A stretch of 64,000 bases of DNA. Source: Fonticula alba ATCC 38817. Its lineage: Eukaryota > Protista > Nucleariida. A program made the translations under genes and the position numbers. Below the pieces are notes generated by a model. The model had not been told where the DNA came from and did no database searches. It saw only the letters and a list, made by a program, of their open reading frames with translations. The stretch is taken from the NCBI GenBank assembly GCA_000388065.2, contig KB932204.1; one strand, given 5' to 3'. Of the stretch, positions 60,450-64,000 are shown piece after piece. Every line of letters starts with the position of its first letter. Position 1 is the stretch's first letter.

Positions 60450-60521
60450 TGCTCATTGGGTGGATCGAACACCCGACCTCCAGTTTACTAGACTGGCGCT
60501 CTACCACTGAGCTAAACGAGC
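60450..60521 (-). tRNA. tRNA-Thr(AGT)
   Basis: GCTCGTTTAGCTCAGTGGTAGAGCGCCAGT-CTAGTAA-ACTGGAGGTCGGGTGTTCGATCCACCCAATGAGCA, followed by TTTT. Confidence 0.97.
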
Positions 60522-60776
60522 AGCGGTACTTCTGACCATGTGACTGGGGTTTTTATTTTGGCGCCCCCATGCGCCGGCTCCGAGTGCGCCCTCAATCCCC
60601 GGGGTGTCCGGGCACACTCGGGGGGGGGAGACTCGCCCAGCGCGGAGGGTTGTTCCCCCTCTGGCATGGTGTATTTGAGGGTGTGCTGGGTCTGGGGATC
60701 GGTCGAAAAAGGAAACGCACGGCCTTTTCGATCGGGCATTCTAGCAGCCACTGACAAAGGCAGCCCCCCCCGCCCC

Positions 60777-60916
60777 NNNNNNNNNNNNNNNNNNNNNNNN
60801 NNNNNNNNNNNNNNNNNNNNNNNNNNNNNNNNNNNNNNNNNNNNNNNNNNNNNNNNNNNNNNNNNNNNNNNNNNNNNNNNNNNNNNNNNNNNNNNNNNNN
60901 NNNNNNNNNNNNNNNN
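60777..60916. other. Assembly gap (140 N)
   Basis: N run with a C run on the left and a G run on the right. Confidence 0.99.
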
Positions 60917-62385
60917 GGGGGGGGGGGGGGGGGGGGGGGGGGGGGAGAGGGAGGCCCGCGCGCGGGCGGCCATTGCGCCGGTCTTGCACCACACCCATAG
61001 TCGGCCGGGACGCCGGGCGCCAGAGCCCAGCCCCGTGCGTCGTCTGCCCGGCCGCCCCGGCCCTCCGCAAGTCATGGGCACAATACGGGCCGTTACCGGC
61101 CGAGGCAGCACGACTCCCGGGCGCGAGGGGAGGGCCTTCCAAGCGACGGCACATCGGAAGGTTCTGGCAAGTTGCCCTGGTGGCCGGGCCCGCTCGCCCG
61201 CGCGCATCGTCCGGCGGCGGCCACGCGCCGGCCCGGCGGCCGGGGAGCCGTGTGGAGCCTGCAAAGAGATGCGGTCCACCAAGGGCGGGCGGCCGCAGGG
61301 GGGAGGGGGGGGCCCAGGGCGGGCAGGGTTATTAACACGCGCCCTCCGGGCGACGCCAAGCCGCGCGCCAGGAGCGAGGGGGCGGGGGGGGGGGCGGACA
61401 AGCGACCGTATCCCGCCGCGGCCTACCCCCGGCCCCTCGCTCCCTGTTTCCGCCCCTCCCTCCTCCTCTCCCCCTGGTGCGCACTAGCAGCACCTCCTTG
61501 GCGTGCGGGGGGAGATCCCCCCCCCTCGCCAGAGGCACATGCTGGAAGAGCACACACAGGCAGGCGCCGGGCCCAGGGCTCCGCGCCACACACACACACA
61601 CGCGCGCGCGCGCGCGCGAGACGCCTGGCGTGCCAATCCTAAATACCAGCCCTCTAGATACTAGCCGGAGAGGCCCGCCCCCTCCGGCCGGGGGCGCGGC
61701 GGCCCTCTCTGCCCTCACCCGGCGCGGGCGGACCGCGCCTCTGGCCGGCTGCGAGGACGCACGCGTACGCGGCCGTGGGCGAGCCCCCTCCCCTGGAGCG
61801 CGTTGTGGGGCGTACCGCAGGAAACCCGGCGATGCAGGCGCGGATCTGCCCCGTAGACCGCGCCCTGGGGTGAGGTCGGCAAGGGCTCCTCCCCCCTCCC
61901 CCCCCCCCAGGTATGCGCCAATTTGACAGGGCACGGAGGCACTCGCCCGCCCACCCGTCTGCACCCCATCCGGCGGCGCCCGCATCGTGCCCGAGATCGC
62001 CCCCGGCCCCCCCCCCCCCCCCCCCCCCCCCCTCTTGCCGCCCGGAACCTCACGCAGGACACCTCTCTCCACCAATCGGCTCTCCTGTCAGCTGATGATG
62101 AGCCCGAGCATCGCGCACGCCGTGGTCCGGCTCGACAAGTCGCTTTTTTTCTCCAACGCATAGAAAAATACACCCTCAGCTGGGGGGAAGAAAAAAAAAA
62201 GAGTGACAATAGTAATATACAAAGCATAGTTGTGTTTGTTTTCAATCAGTGGCTTCCCTCCGTGTGTGCCGGGGGAGGGGTGCGGGCGGCGGGGCACGCG
62301 GGCGCACATGGCCCACGAGCAGGGGGGACAATGCGCGCGGTCATGCACATGTAGACGCTTATGTACCACCGCCAGCGCCCCCCGC

Positions 62386-63534
62386 TCAGGTGAAGATACC
62401 GCGCGCGGCGATCACCACGAAGATGGTGAGCGACACACCGACAATCAGGAAGTACATGACGATGTCGGAGATGCGCAAAGCCAGACGCGCGCCGAACAGA
62501 GACCCGAGCACGCCGAAGGGCAAACTCAGCAGGAGCAAGTACAGGACATTGATGTCGTCCATGCCCTCGCGGCCGGGGAAGGTGAGAGTCATGGCAAACA
62601 TGACCATGGTCATGATGAGGCAGCCAGTGCCGGCGGCCAGGCGGACCGGCGCATCCCACGCATTGACCAGGACATTGGAATAGAACATGCCGCCGCCGGC
62701 GTACAGGGTGCCGGACACGATCCCCAAGATGGAGTTGATGACAATGGTGATGCCGAAGCGCACCGGCCGGCGGGTCTGCGGCGACTGCGGCCCAAAGAGG
62801 GTGTCCTGCTCCGGGTAGAACCGAGCCACCAGGTACGCCCAAATGGACGCCCAGGAGGTGAAATCCACCGCGGACAGGGGAATGAGCGGCGGCCGGGGGG
62901 GCGCCGCGGCGACCGGGGCATCGGGATGGGCCTTGGCCTCGGCATCCGAGTCGTGCTCCGCCTCCGCCTCCTCCTCCGGCGAGGGGTGCTCCTCGCCATC
63001 CTCAGGCTGGTGGTTGACCGTGGCACCGGTGATGGCCGGCGCGAGCAGGTCCTCATCGGCGGTCTGGCCGCTGGCGCCCGCGCCGAGCGACATGTCCGAG
63101 GTGTACTTGTGGCTGCCGCCGGCCGAGCCGACGGTGCCCGACCCCTGGGTGGGGAGGTCATCCTGGGACGGGCTGCCGGAGTGCAGGAGGCTGGACTTCT
63201 CGGTGTAGACGATCGGCTCGTCGTCCTGCTCGTCGTCAGCCCCATTGCTGGCATGGTAGACATCCTCGGTTTGGGAGTCCCCCAGGAGCGGGGCCTCCTT
63301 GTCGGCCTCGGTGTCGGCGGCGGCGGCCTCAGCCTCGCGCTTGGCCTTGCGCTTGCGATACACGGCCAGGCAGCCACGAATGAGGAACTGCACGGCGATC
63401 ATCAGCGGGACGAAGGACACCGCGGACTTGAGGGCATCCTGGTGGTTGAGGATGAAGTCCGCCAGAACAATGGACATGATGACCGTCAGGCAGAGGGACA
63501 GGCCGCCGAAGATGCCGGCGTACTTCCAGTCAAC
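62386..63534 (-). CDS. Terminal exon of a multi-pass membrane protein, probably sulfite exporter TauE/SafE (DUF81) family; 5' part not resolved and probably beyond the window
   Basis: After an acceptor CAG the frame starts VDWK. Several TM helices follow, with TauE-like motifs SILGIVSGTLYAGGGMFY, AAGTG and GVLGSLFGARLA. Confidence 0.6.
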   Translation of the reverse strand, partial: VDWKYAGIFGGLSLCLTVIMSIVLADFILNHQDALKSAVSFVPLMIAVQFLIRGCLAVYRKRKAKREAEAAAADTEADKEAPLLGDSQTEDVYHASNGADDEQDDEPIVYTEKSSLLHSGSPSQDDLPTQGSGTVGSAGGSHKYTSDMSLGAGASGQTADEDLLAPAITGATVNHQPEDGEEHPSPEEEAEAEHDSDAEAKAHPDAPVAAAPPRPPLIPLSAVDFTSWASIWAYLVARFYPEQDTLFGPQSPQTRRPVRFGITIVINSILGIVSGTLYAGGGMFYSNVLVNAWDAPVRLAAGTGCLIMTMVMFAMTLTFPGREGMDDINVLYLLLLSLPFGVLGSLFGARLALRISDIVMYFLIVGVSLTIFVVIAARGIFT

Positions 63535-64000
63535 CTGTGTGCCGGGAGGCGGGAGATTGGTCGATGGTGAGTGGCAGCAGGGGGCAGGGGGGGNNNNNNN
63601 NNNCCCCCCCCCCCCCCCCCCCCTGCTCGGGCATCGTGAGTGGGGGGCCTCGGGGATTTCGTGCCAGCCAAAAAGTGTGCCATGTGTTTGATGAAGGGCC
63701 CGGGCCTTTGGCAGCGGGACGGGAAGGCCATCCCGATTGGATGTGGGCCATGCCCGGAGCCGGCATGCCCCCGCAACCAGCCCGGCGGCCTCGCCAAGAC
63801 CGTGCATGCTCCACTGGCGCCCCAGCGGCCCCTTGTCGGAGGGAGACGCCTGGCCAAAGGGTTGCCTACTGGCGAGCAGCCGCATGCGTCCTGCCATCGC
63901 CCGCACAAGAGGGTGGCAGGGCCTTCGGCCGCCGGGCGTCAGCACACATCGCTGAACATCCGTGTGCTGGCGGCCTCCGATGGATGGGACTGCCCGCCAG

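Noticed and set aside
60760-60945. Gap flanked by a C run on the left and a G run on the right, suggesting an inverted repeat
   Set aside because: Only homopolymer complementarity; the unique flanks are not inverted copies.
1-64000. CRISPR arrays, transposase/RT/integrase genes, LTRs or TIRs, rRNA, spliceosomal snRNAs, in-frame Sec/readthrough codons
   Set aside because: None seen. Repeats are simple microsatellites or coding low-complexity tracts, and the gene models I fully phase-checked close with canonical GT-AG introns and no internal stops.

Overview
This is a GC-rich, intron-containing eukaryotic genomic scaffold, not prokaryotic. It has eight N-gaps, most flanked by poly-C/poly-G runs. 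High GC, short introns and a giant furin-repeat/TKL receptor kinase suggest a Fonticula-like unicellular opisthokont; this is inference and no database search was run. I can support 13 protein-coding genes, in order: SpoU/TrmH RNA methyltransferase (-), PEX6-like AAA ATPase (+), MSH2 (+), RUN/coiled-coil/FYVE protein (+), MYND-PH-PH-RasGEF (+), adrenodoxin reductase (+), Pol I/III subunit AC40 (+), aminoacylase-1 (-), an unknown three-domain beta protein (-), a membrane-anchored pepsin-fold pseudoprotease (+), an unknown tail-anchored protein (-), a ~2160-aa Cys-rich receptor kinase (+) and the 3' part of a TauE/SafE-like membrane protein (-). There are seven intronless tRNA genes, six of them in a 3.9-kb strand-alternating cluster. 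The most striking cross-window signal is the 5' splice-site consensus GTNCG: about 38 of about 45 donors I could place have C at +4 and only one has the usual A. Most long ORFs in the supplied track are codon-aligned antisense shadows or intron read-through, not genes.
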